A DNA stretch of 64,000 nucleotides from Bdellovibrionales bacterium (lineage in GTDB: Bacteria; Bdellovibrionota; Bdellovibrionia; Bdellovibrionales; UBA1609): NCBI GenBank assembly GCA_965203095.1, contig OZ241877.1, positions 576,001-640,000 on the forward strand, written 5' to 3'. Below the pieces are notes generated by a model that had not been told where the DNA came from, ran no database searches, and saw nothing but the letters and a program-made list of their open reading frames with translations. The position numbers and the translations under genes are program-made. The first letter of the stretch is position 1; each line of letters begins with the position of its first letter. Below, piece by piece: positions 47,024 to 55,702 of this stretch.

Positions 47024-47992
47024 ATGTCTCAAAAGGTTTTTAGTGGTGTTTTGCTTATCAATAAGGATAAGGATGGCACCAGCCATCAGATTGTAGATGA
47101 AGTCCGAAAAATCCTTAAGCAAAGAGCTGTGGGTCATGCCGGCACTTTAGACCCTACGGCCAGAGGGCTGATGGTGATTTTATGTGGTATGGCTACAAAG
47201 CTGAGCCATTATTTCTTGAATGCTGACAAAAGATATAAATTGAGCTTAAAGTTTGGCTTGGAGACTAACACTTTTGATCTCCAGGGAAAGGTTTTAAAAT
47301 CAAAGGAAGTTTCTTTAAAAAAAGAAGAAATAGAAAATCTTTTAAAAAAAGAAAGTAGAGAGTTGGAGATCCCTGTTCCTGTGTTTTCTGCTGTAAAAAT
47401 TAAGGGGAAAAAGCTCTATTCTTATGCCTTTGCTGGGCGAGAAAAGGAAGTGGATCTACCTGTAAAAAAAATGTCTTTTTGGGATTTAGATATTCATTCC
47501 ATTCAAAAAGATAGTGCGAGCTTGAGTATTTCTGGATCTAAAGGCTCTTACATTCGCTCTTGGGTCCATTATTTAGGGCAAAAAATGAAAACAGGAGCCT
47601 GTTTAATACAGTTGGAGAGGCTTTCTTCCGGAAATTTTAATGTTCAGGATAGTTTGACTACAGAGGAGTTAAAAAACAAATTATCTAAAAATTTTCCTGA
47701 AGAGGAAGAAGGGTTAAAATCCCTTTTAGGGGATAGTTTTTTGTTCCCTGGTTCCGCTTTAAGCCAGTTCCCGGAAATAGAACTCAACGGCAAAAACGCC
47801 AAACTCCTCCAACAAGGGAAATTGCCTTTGTATGTTTTGTCCGCCAGCCAAAAAGATCAAATTAAGGTCAATAAAAAGGGCCAATCTCAAATTTTAAAAG
47901 CAGTTAAGGGGGGAAAACTAGTGGCTCTTTTAGAAATGCAACCTTTTAAAAAAATAAAAATTTTAAAAAATTTTCCTCAGCAAAAATTTTGA
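47024..47992 (+). CDS. truB: tRNA pseudouridine(55) synthase
   Basis: GVLLINK, VGHAGTLDPTARG, FSAVKIKGKKLY, SKGSYIRS. Confidence 0.95.
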   Translation: MSQKVFSGVLLINKDKDGTSHQIVDEVRKILKQRAVGHAGTLDPTARGLMVILCGMATKLSHYFLNADKRYKLSLKFGLETNTFDLQGKVLKSKEVSLKKEEIENLLKKESRELEIPVPVFSAVKIKGKKLYSYAFAGREKEVDLPVKKMSFWDLDIHSIQKDSASLSISGSKGSYIRSWVHYLGQKMKTGACLIQLERLSSGNFNVQDSLTTEELKNKLSKNFPEEEEGLKSLLGDSFLFPGSALSQFPEIELNGKNAKLLQQGKLPLYVLSASQKDQIKVNKKGQSQILKAVKGGKLVALLEMQPFKKIKILKNFPQQKF

Positions 47993-48007
47993 AAAAGGAT
48001 CAATCCC

Positions 48008-49603
48008 TCACTCCCCAAAAAGGAAATGATCCCAACCCTGCCAATCCTCTGGATAGGCTTTGGAGGGATCGGGAGGAAGCCCCTCTCCCTCTTCTTTTGA
48101 TTGTGACAAGCTAAAATAATCTTCCGGGCTGAGCACATTTAAAAACTGAACATAAACTTGAGCGGATTTAAAATCCATCCATTGGATCCCTAAAAAATTT
48201 TCTACATTTATCCATTGATCCTCATAAGCAATATGAGGCTGTCGGGGGAAGTTTTTTGGCCTTTGATCGGTTTTAAGCCATTGATAAAACTCTTCAGCTG
48301 TCATGTTTTTCTTTCGGATATAGGCACGAGCTTTTTTGTATGGCATTATGGGCTGTTTTTGGCCTAAAAAGGATCTCCAACCTTTCCAATAATAGGAATA
48401 AACTTCCCGCGGGTGAAAAGGGATATCTTCTGGCCGATCTCCTGACACACTCCACCTTTCATATTCCTTTTGAGTCCTTATTCCTAAAGACTGGACATGA
48501 TCTTGGGCCTCTCGGTAAGGCCTCCACTTTTTTCTGCGTTTATTTCCTGTGCCAAGGAAGATCTTCCAGCCCTCCCACTCTTCTTTGTAGATTTTTTGAG
48601 GGTCAGAAGGGATATCCTGTGGCCTCTCTCCGGATTTGCTCCATTCATTATATTCCTTTTGAGTCCTTATTCCCATGGATTGGACATGATCTTGAGCCTC
48701 TCGGTAAGGCCTCCACTTTTTTCTACGTTTATTTCCTGTGCCGAGGAAACTTCCCCAGCCTTCCCATTCTTCTTTGTAAACACTTTCGGGGCTTGAGGGG
48801 ATGTCCTTCGGCCTCTCTCCGGACTGGATCCAAACTCTAAATTCTCTCCTGTTTTTTAGGCCAAGGGATCGGATATACGCTTTAGCCTTTTGATAAGCTC
48901 TCCACTTTTTTTTGTGTTGGTTTGCCGTTCCAAGGAAGATCCCCCAACCTCCCCACTCTTCCTTGTAGATTTTTTGAGGGTCAGAAGGGATATCTTTTGG
49001 TCGATCTCCGGATTTGCTCCACTCATTATATTTCCGTTTAGTTTTTATACCGAGGGATTGGACATGGGCCTGAACTTCTGAATAAGATCTCCACTTTTTT
49101 TCTTCCCTCCTTGGGCCTAAAAAAACCTCCCAGCCCTCCCATTCCTCTCTATAACTCACTTGAGGGCGACTGGGGATATCTTCCAGCCCACTAGATCTTC
49201 TCCATTTTCGATAGCTATCCTCATTTTTTATTCCATGGGCTTGAACTAAAGATTGGACTTCCCTATACGGCCTCCACTGTCTTTTCTTTACCCCTAAAAG
49301 AAAAACTGTCCATCCTTCCCACTCTTTTTTATAAACTCTATTGGGGTTAGAGGGGATGTCTTGGGGTCGATCTCCGGATTTGCTCCACTCATTATATTGC
49401 TTTTGAGTTCTTATTCCCAAAGACTGAACATGGTTTTGAGCTTTTTTGTAGCTGATCCATTTGGAGCTATGGGAAAAACTTTGCCGGCACCCTTCATCCG
49501 CTGGAGCAGGTAAAAAAACCAATAGGCAAAGGCACAGCACAATCCCTCGAATAAGTTTGAAATGATCAGATAAAAAGATTTTAAAAAATAATTGTAATCT
49601 CAT
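48008..49603 (-). CDS. Secreted protein with integrase-repeat-like (INT_rpt) tandem domains: 6 variable plus 2 cap repeats
   Basis: Unit W..Y.EA...VQSLGI....EY.EWSKSG.RP.DIP..P..VY..EW.GW..FLG; signal peptide ending PAPA-DEGCRQSFS. Confidence 0.85.
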   Translation of the reverse strand: MRLQLFFKIFLSDHFKLIRGIVLCLCLLVFLPAPADEGCRQSFSHSSKWISYKKAQNHVQSLGIRTQKQYNEWSKSGDRPQDIPSNPNRVYKKEWEGWTVFLLGVKKRQWRPYREVQSLVQAHGIKNEDSYRKWRRSSGLEDIPSRPQVSYREEWEGWEVFLGPRREEKKWRSYSEVQAHVQSLGIKTKRKYNEWSKSGDRPKDIPSDPQKIYKEEWGGWGIFLGTANQHKKKWRAYQKAKAYIRSLGLKNRREFRVWIQSGERPKDIPSSPESVYKEEWEGWGSFLGTGNKRRKKWRPYREAQDHVQSMGIRTQKEYNEWSKSGERPQDIPSDPQKIYKEEWEGWKIFLGTGNKRRKKWRPYREAQDHVQSLGIRTQKEYERWSVSGDRPEDIPFHPREVYSYYWKGWRSFLGQKQPIMPYKKARAYIRKKNMTAEEFYQWLKTDQRPKNFPRQPHIAYEDQWINVENFLGIQWMDFKSAQVYVQFLNVLSPEDYFSLSQSKEEGEGLPPDPSKAYPEDWQGWDHFLFGE

Positions 49604-49621
49604 GTTTTTATTTTCTTATCC

Positions 49622-51721
49622 TTATTTCCCGAAAAGGAAATGATCCCAACCCCGCCAATCCTTTTGATAGGCTTTAGAAGGATCGGGTGGAAGCCCCTCT
49701 CCCTCCTCTTTTGATTGTGACAAGCTAAAATAATCTTCCGGACTGAGCACATTTAAAAACTGAACATAAACTTGAGCGGATTTAAAATCCATCCATTGGA
49801 TTCCTAAAAAATTTTCTACATTTATCCATTGATCCTCATAAGCAATATGAGGCTGTCGGGGGAAGTTTTTTGGCCTTTGATCGGATTTAAGCCATTGATA
49901 AAACTCTTCAGCTGTCATGTTTTTCTTTCGGATATAGGCACGAGCCATTTTGTATGGCATTATGGGCTGTTTTTGGCCTAAAAAGGATCTCCAACCTTTC
50001 CAATAATAAGAATACACTCGATATGGGCTGGATGGGATGTCCTCTGGTCGATCTCCGGACTTGCTCCATTGCTCATACTCATGTTTAGTTTTTATACCGA
50101 GGGACTGAATGTATGCTTTGGCTTTTAAATAAGATCTCCACTTTTTTTTGAGTTGATTCCCTGTGCCAAGGAAAATACCCCAACCTTCCCATTCTTCTCT
50201 GTAGATTTTTCGAAGGTTAAAAGGAATGTCCTTTGGTCGCTTTCCGGATTGATTCCATTTTTCATACTCCTTTTTGGTTTTTATTCCCTGGGATTGAATA
50301 TAAATTTTAACTTCTTGATAGGGTCTCCATTCTGTTTTTGTCCCAAGAAAAGAGGGCCAGCCCTCCCACTCTTTGTATGTTTTGTCCGGCCGAAAAGGGA
50401 TGTCTTCTGGTCGATCTCCGGATTTGCTCCACTCTTTATATTCCCGTTCAGTTTTTATTCCCAGGGACTGGACATGATCTTGAGCTGATTGATAAGACCT
50501 CCATTCTTTTTTGCGTTGGTTCCCTGTTCCGAGAAAGATCCCCCAACCTTCCCACTCATTATAGATTTCATGAGGGGCTGAGGGAATATCCTCTGGCCTT
50601 TGTCCGGATGTGCTCCACTCCTTATATTCCCGTTTGCTTTTTATACCGAGGGATTGGACATGAGCTTTAGCTTTTAAATAAGACCTCCACTTTTTTTTGT
50701 GTTTGTTCCCTGTGCCAAGAAAAATCCTCCAGCCTTCCCATTCTTCTCTGTAGACCCTGTCAGGGTCAGAAGGGATATCTTTTGGTCGATCTCCGGATTT
50801 GCTCCATTCATTATATTCCCGTTCGGTTTTTATGCCGAGGGATTGGACATGAACCTGAGCCTTTGCGTAAGGTCTCCACCTATTTTGTTTGTTCCCTGTG
50901 CCAAGGAAAATGCCCCAGCCTTCCCATTCTTCTTTATAAACACTTTCGGGGCTTGAGGGAATGTCTTCTGGTCGATCTCCGGATTTGCTCCACTCCTTAT
51001 ATTTCCGTTTGCTTTTTATACCGAGGGATTGGACATGAACCTGAGCCTTTGCGTAAGGCCTCCACCTATTTTGTTTGTTCCATGTGCCAAGAAAAATCCT
51101 CCAGCCTTCCCATTCTTCTTTATAAACACTTTCGGGGCTTGAGGGAATGTCTTCTGGTCGATCTCCGGATTTGCTCCACTCCTTATATTCCCGTTTGCTT
51201 TTTATACCGAGGGATTGGATGTATGCTTTAGCCTCTTGATAAGGCATCCATTCTTTTTTTGTCCCAAGAAAAGAGGGCCAACTCTCCCATTCTTCTCTAT
51301 AGACCCTGTCAGGGTCAGAAGGGATATCTTTTGGTCGATCTCCGGATTTGCTCCATTCCTCATATTCCTCTTTAGTTTTTATACCAAGGGATCGGACATG
51401 AGCTTGAACCTCTAAATAAGATTTCCAGTTTGTTCCAAAAAAACGGGGCCAGCCCTTCCACTCTTCTTTGTAGACCCCTTTGGGGTTAGAGGGGATATCC
51501 TTTGGTCGATCTCCGGATTTGCTCCATTCTCTATATTCCTCTTGAGTCCTTATCTTTAAGGATCGGATATAAGCCTGAGCCTCTGCATAAGGCATCCACC
51601 TGTTTTGTTTGGAGAAGCTTTGCCGGCACCCTTCATCCGCTGGAGCAGGTAAAAAAACCAACAGCCCTCCCCCACATACAAGAAGGCAGAAAATCTTTAA
51701 AAATACAATTTTTGATCTCAT
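49622..51721 (-). CDS. Secreted protein with integrase-repeat-like (INT_rpt) tandem domains: 9 variable plus 2 cap repeats
   Basis: Same unit and caps as 48008-49603; start moved to MRSKIVFLK because the upstream extension runs into a MITE. Confidence 0.85.
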   Translation of the reverse strand: MRSKIVFLKIFCLLVCGGGLLVFLPAPADEGCRQSFSKQNRWMPYAEAQAYIRSLKIRTQEEYREWSKSGDRPKDIPSNPKGVYKEEWKGWPRFFGTNWKSYLEVQAHVRSLGIKTKEEYEEWSKSGDRPKDIPSDPDRVYREEWESWPSFLGTKKEWMPYQEAKAYIQSLGIKSKREYKEWSKSGDRPEDIPSSPESVYKEEWEGWRIFLGTWNKQNRWRPYAKAQVHVQSLGIKSKRKYKEWSKSGDRPEDIPSSPESVYKEEWEGWGIFLGTGNKQNRWRPYAKAQVHVQSLGIKTEREYNEWSKSGDRPKDIPSDPDRVYREEWEGWRIFLGTGNKHKKKWRSYLKAKAHVQSLGIKSKREYKEWSTSGQRPEDIPSAPHEIYNEWEGWGIFLGTGNQRKKEWRSYQSAQDHVQSLGIKTEREYKEWSKSGDRPEDIPFRPDKTYKEWEGWPSFLGTKTEWRPYQEVKIYIQSQGIKTKKEYEKWNQSGKRPKDIPFNLRKIYREEWEGWGIFLGTGNQLKKKWRSYLKAKAYIQSLGIKTKHEYEQWSKSGDRPEDIPSSPYRVYSYYWKGWRSFLGQKQPIMPYKMARAYIRKKNMTAEEFYQWLKSDQRPKNFPRQPHIAYEDQWINVENFLGIQWMDFKSAQVYVQFLNVLSPEDYFSLSQSKEEGEGLPPDPSKAYQKDWRGWDHFLFGK

Positions 51722-51852
51722 ATTTTTTAGTTGGTTTAAGATTATGTGTTTTTTTGTTAAAATCAAAATAATGAGTTTAAAATGAAAATATTTCCCTTCA
51801 GAAATGGGTTTTTTCCACCACTTCTTTAAAGGCATGGGTATATTACTAATTA

Positions 51853-52006
51853 GTCGTCCGTGAAAAAGCTGGACAAAAAACCTCGTCCTCTTTTTCCTGC
51901 TTTTGTCCAAAGGCCATTCCATGAGGGTCCAAGGTATTGCCGTCCCGAAATGGAATGGTCCTTTAGATAAAAAAAGTTAAAAAAACAAAGGTTTTTCACG
52001 AGCGAT
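51853..52006 (+). mobile_element. MITE, 154 bp (copy B)
   Basis: TIRs GTCGTCCGTGAAAAA / TTTTTCACGAGCGAT; flanking direct repeat TAATTA; near-identical to copy A. Confidence 0.85.
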
Positions 52007-52015
52007 TAATTACAG

Positions 52016-52062
52016 CTGAATTTTCCAGTCAAAATAAAATAGAGAAAGCAGAAATTTTCAAA
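52016..52062 (-). repeat. Dispersed ~55-bp repeat (degenerate copy 4)
   Basis: Plus strand CTGAATTTTCCAGTCAAAATAAAATAGAGAAAGCAGAAATTTTCAA resembles the reverse complement of the family. Confidence 0.5.
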
Positions 52063-52203
52063 AAAATGGCATAAATGCAAAGTTTTGTTAAAATTTAGCC
52101 TTTGTGGGCCTTTACTGTTTTTTGACAAAAGGGAAGGCCCAGTTAAAAACTTGTGGCAATATTTTTAATCTTCTCTATAATATCAACTCTAAGGGAGTTT
52201 AAA

Positions 52204-53571
52204 ATGAGCAGAAAAACCATAATGGAACCTTACAAAATAAAGACTGTCCAACCGATTCAAAAAACCACAAGAGAGGACCGCCGTCATGCCCTTCAAAAAG
52301 CTTTTTTGAATTTGTTTTTGATCCCCTCAAAAGATGTCTTGATTGACCTTTTAACAGATTCGGGCACAGGGGCTATGAGCGATAGCCAATGGGGGGCTTT
52401 AATGCAAGGGGATGAATCCTATGCCGGGGCCAAAAGCTTTTTTGAATTTGAAAAAACAGTTCAAGACATTACCGGCCTGCCTTTTGTGATACCCACTCAT
52501 CAGGGTCGCTCAGCAGAGAGAATCCTTTTGAATTATCTAAAATCCCAGGGAGAATATATTGTCTCCAACATGCTTTTTGACACCACAAGAGCTAACGCTG
52601 AGGACATGGGCCTTAAAGTTTTGGATCTCCCCTGCCCGGAATCTTTTGAGGATTTAGAGCACCCCTTTAAAGGGAATATTGATTTGCCGGCTTTAGAGAA
52701 AAGCTTAAAAGAAAAAAATCTGGCCGGAGTTTTAATCAGCATCACTAATAACTCTGGAGGGGGGCAACCTGTTTCTCTAAAAAACCTGCAATCTGCCCAG
52801 AGGCTTTGTAAAAACCATTCTGTCCCTCTGATTTTAGATGCCTGTCGTTTTGCAGAAAATGCTTGGTTTATAAAACAAAGAGAGAAGGCTTTTAAAGGGC
52901 AAAGCCCACAGCAAATCGCCCGTGCGACTTTTGATACAGCGGATATGTGTTTTGTCTCGGCAAAAAAAGATGGCTTGGCTAACATTGGAGGTTTTATTTG
53001 TGTCCGTGACGAATCCTTGAGTCTGTTTTGTAAAAATCGTTTGGTATTGACAGAGGGCTTTCCCACTTATGGAGGGCTGGCAGGAAGAGATCTTTCAGCC
53101 ATTGCCATAGGTTTAAAAGAGGCTTTAGAGCCTTCTTACCTTGAGCAGAGGATAGCCTCTGTATCTCACCTGCATGAGCAGTTAGCTGAAGGGAGCATCC
53201 CTTTACTAAAACCTCCCGGCGGGCATGCTGTTTATATTGATGCTAAAAAACTTTTGCCTCATATTCCTGTATCAGCTTATCCTGGGCAAGCTTTAGTTTC
53301 GGGCTTGTATGAATACTCTGGGATTCGCAGTTGTGAGATTGGTTCTGTAATGTTTGGTAAGACATTAGCCAATGGGGAGAAAACATATCACTCCAAAGAG
53401 TTGGTCCGGCTTTGTTTGCCCCGCCGGGTTTACACTCAGTCCCATATAGATTTTGTGGCGGAATCCATTATTTCCTTTGCTCAAGGGGAGGCCCTTCAGT
53501 TAAAGGGTGTTAAATTTATAAAAGAACCTCCTTTTTTACGCCATTTCACTGGTCATTTTGCATGGATATAA
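52204..53571 (+). CDS. tnaA: Tryptophanase
   Basis: IDLLTDSGT, GDESYAG, PTHQGR, SAKKD (PLP Lys); FDTT, EIG and LRHFT residues favour TnaA over tyrosine phenol-lyase. Confidence 0.88.
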   Translation: MSRKTIMEPYKIKTVQPIQKTTREDRRHALQKAFLNLFLIPSKDVLIDLLTDSGTGAMSDSQWGALMQGDESYAGAKSFFEFEKTVQDITGLPFVIPTHQGRSAERILLNYLKSQGEYIVSNMLFDTTRANAEDMGLKVLDLPCPESFEDLEHPFKGNIDLPALEKSLKEKNLAGVLISITNNSGGGQPVSLKNLQSAQRLCKNHSVPLILDACRFAENAWFIKQREKAFKGQSPQQIARATFDTADMCFVSAKKDGLANIGGFICVRDESLSLFCKNRLVLTEGFPTYGGLAGRDLSAIAIGLKEALEPSYLEQRIASVSHLHEQLAEGSIPLLKPPGGHAVYIDAKKLLPHIPVSAYPGQALVSGLYEYSGIRSCEIGSVMFGKTLANGEKTYHSKELVRLCLPRRVYTQSHIDFVAESIISFAQGEALQLKGVKFIKEPPFLRHFTGHFAWI

Positions 53572-53578
53572 ATGATTT

Positions 53579-54187
53579 ATGTTGAATACACTTTATAAAC
53601 TTCCCAAGGCCCTTTTGGCCAGCCTTTTTATAGGGGGCGGAATTTTGTTTATTATTATGAACGACCCTCCTCATCATTTTTGCGACAGTCAAATTGAGCA
53701 TTTTAAAAAGGTTCAGAAGGGGCTCCTCTTTGATAATTCTGAAGATTTTCGGAAAGAAAAAAAGATTTTAAAAAGAAAGCAGACCCTTTGCAAAAAAGAG
53801 AACACTCCCGGAGCTTGTTATGAGTATTTTGCCTATTTAAAAAAAATATTAAGGGGCTTTGATCTTATTTCCCAGGACTGTCTATCTTTGGTTTATTCCC
53901 AACCGGAGGTGAAGGGAGCCTTTTCTTCCGCCCTTATGCTGATGACAGCTGTGGCTTGGAGGGAAGAGGCTTTGACTGGCCGAGTGAGCCGATACCACTG
54001 GCTGACCCGATCGGATTTGTATTTGTTTTGTGAAGTGAAAAACAAATACATCATGCAATATGGACAGGACAGCTATCAGTTGTTGGAAAATCAAATTTTA
54101 AAGCTTTTACCTGTTTCAAAAAAAGTGCCCATTCAGCAGTTGATGAAAAAAACCATTTTGCATGAATCCTGCTTAGCTTATAGATAA
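53579..54187 (+). CDS. Membrane-anchored Cys-containing hypothetical protein
   Basis: N-terminal TM helix, NDPPHHFCD; 202-aa ORF directly after tnaA. Confidence 0.7.
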   Translation: MLNTLYKLPKALLASLFIGGGILFIIMNDPPHHFCDSQIEHFKKVQKGLLFDNSEDFRKEKKILKRKQTLCKKENTPGACYEYFAYLKKILRGFDLISQDCLSLVYSQPEVKGAFSSALMLMTAVAWREEALTGRVSRYHWLTRSDLYLFCEVKNKYIMQYGQDSYQLLENQILKLLPVSKKVPIQQLMKKTILHESCLAYR

Positions 54188-54334
54188 TTCTCAGTAAAAA
54201 AACCTACACTTTTAATAGAAAAAAGATATAGAGATTTTAAAAGATGGACAAAACCGCTTTGATAAAGAGCTTAAAGAAAGAAAAGCTGGATCAGATTTTA
54301 GAAAAACAACAAAAATAAGGTGTTTAGTAGTGTA

Positions 54335-54601
54335 TTATTTATATTTGAAAGGTTTATGAGATATCATCTCTGGTCGCCCAAAATCGTCAAAAGATTGAAA
54401 ATGGGTGGGAAGAAGACCCAAATTTCTGGCTTTTTTAATGGCCTTTTTCATTAACCTTTCCTGCTTGCTGGTTAAGCCATTAGTTCGAGCTGGGGTGATT
54501 TTTGCCCCTTCAATAAAGCCGTAAAGGGATAATGGGTCTTTATAATCAAAATGAAGATGATGACGGCTTTGTTTAACTGGCTTTTTTTTCTCAAACAACA
54601 A
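54335..54601 (-). CDS. rpsR: 30S ribosomal protein S18
   Basis: FDYKD...KITPAR..G....Q....KAIKKARNLGLLP; AGGAG RBS. Confidence 0.88.
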   Translation of the reverse strand: MLFEKKKPVKQSRHHLHFDYKDPLSLYGFIEGAKITPARTNGLTSKQERLMKKAIKKARNLGLLPTHFQSFDDFGRPEMISHKPFKYK

Positions 54602-54823
54602 AATGATCTCCTATTTCAGCTCTTTAAACCTATTTTTTAGGGAAAAGTCAATCCTCTCTTGATAATTTTTTAAAAAAATAGAAAAAGCCTTAGTTTTCTC
54701 ACTATGACAGCAAACTTCCAGTAATAAAAACACAATTTTTATTTGCTATATCAAAAAAAAAATGATAAGTGGAATGAAATTTTTACTTTTTTAAGGTAAA
54801 ATAACTTTTAAGAGGATAAGCCG

Positions 54824-55123
54824 ATGGCCAGTTGTGAATTGAGCGGGAAAGCTCCTGTAGTTAAAAATTTAGTGAGTCACTCTAACATTAAGACCAAATC
54901 CAAAGCTTTGCCCAATATTCAATCTAAAAAATTTTTTAGCTCTCGCCTCAAGCAGTTTTTTAAATTAAAAGTAGCTGTGAGTGCTATTCGGAATGTAGAT
55001 AAGGTGGGTGGTTTTGACCTATTTATTGTCCAGCAAAAAGACAGCTTGCTCTCTCCTAAGGCTTTAAAAATTAAAAAGCAAATTTTAAAAAAAAGAAAGG
55101 TCAGTCATGAAGTTAAAAATTAA
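54824..55123 (+). CDS. rpmB: 50S ribosomal protein L28
   Basis: CELSGK....NLVSHSNIKTK...PNIQ. Confidence 0.92.
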   Translation: MASCELSGKAPVVKNLVSHSNIKTKSKALPNIQSKKFFSSRLKQFFKLKVAVSAIRNVDKVGGFDLFIVQQKDSLLSPKALKIKKQILKKRKVSHEVKN

Positions 55124-55379
55124 AGTGGGAGACGAAGTTCAGGTCACTGCTGGAAGTGATAAAGGGCGAAAAGGTTCTGTTTTAGAGATTCAGCCCATTC
55201 AACAAAAAATACGGATTAAAAATGTTCGTGTTCAAACCTGTTTTGATAAAGAAAAAGGGATTCAAAAGCGAGAGGGCTTTATTCATTACTCTAATGTGAA
55301 ACTTGTCAAAAAAGCTGAAACCAAAGCCTATAAAAAATCTAAAAAGAATTCTGGCAAACAGGGAAGGCTTTTTCGCTAA
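55107..55379 (+). CDS. rplX: 50S ribosomal protein L24
   Basis: IKVGDEVQVTAGSDKGRKG (KOW), GIQKREGFIHYSNV. Confidence 0.9.
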   Translation: MKLKIKVGDEVQVTAGSDKGRKGSVLEIQPIQQKIRIKNVRVQTCFDKEKGIQKREGFIHYSNVKLVKKAETKAYKKSKKNSGKQGRLFR

Positions 55380-55702
55380 TGATATTCAGTTTTATCAGCT
55401 GGGCTTATTTTTCTTTTCAGGCCGGTTGGGCTTTGGAGCTACCGGTTAAAAACTATTTTTTTTGTTTGCGGGAAAAGGCCATCGCGGTAGAATCCCGAAC
55501 TATTAGAGTGCAGGAGTTTCCCGAAAAGGAAAATTTTTGTGCTGTAATTTACTCTGTTAAAGGTCAAGACAAAATAGTGGCACAAGGGCGATGGCTTGCT
55601 TTTTGTGAAAAGGCGGCAAAAAAATTAAAAACCCGCCTTCAGCAAAACTTGTGGAAGTGCAACCAAAAAACTAAAGTTCAAGTTTTTTACTCTTCTTCAT
55701 AA
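55379..55702 (+). CDS. Small secreted hypothetical protein
   Basis: Hydrophobic N-terminus, 4 Cys, translationally coupled to rplX. Confidence 0.6.
   Translation: MIFSFISWAYFSFQAGWALELPVKNYFFCLREKAIAVESRTIRVQEFPEKENFCAVIYSVKGQDKIVAQGRWLAFCEKAAKKLKTRLQQNLWKCNQKTKVQVFYSSS

Noticed and set aside
48008..51721. Calling these genes phage integrases
   Set aside because: They contain only repeat units; there is no tyrosine or serine recombinase catalytic domain, and signal peptides are present
51722..51922. N-terminal 67 aa of the 766-aa ORF
   Set aside because: It begins inside MITE copy B; the signal peptide and the paralogue point to a start at 51721
51900..51970. MITE core (ATGAG...CGAAA) as a hammerhead ribozyme
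   Set aside because: It lacks the CUGANGA core and a three-stem junction; TGAG/CGAA is better explained as tandem G-A pairs
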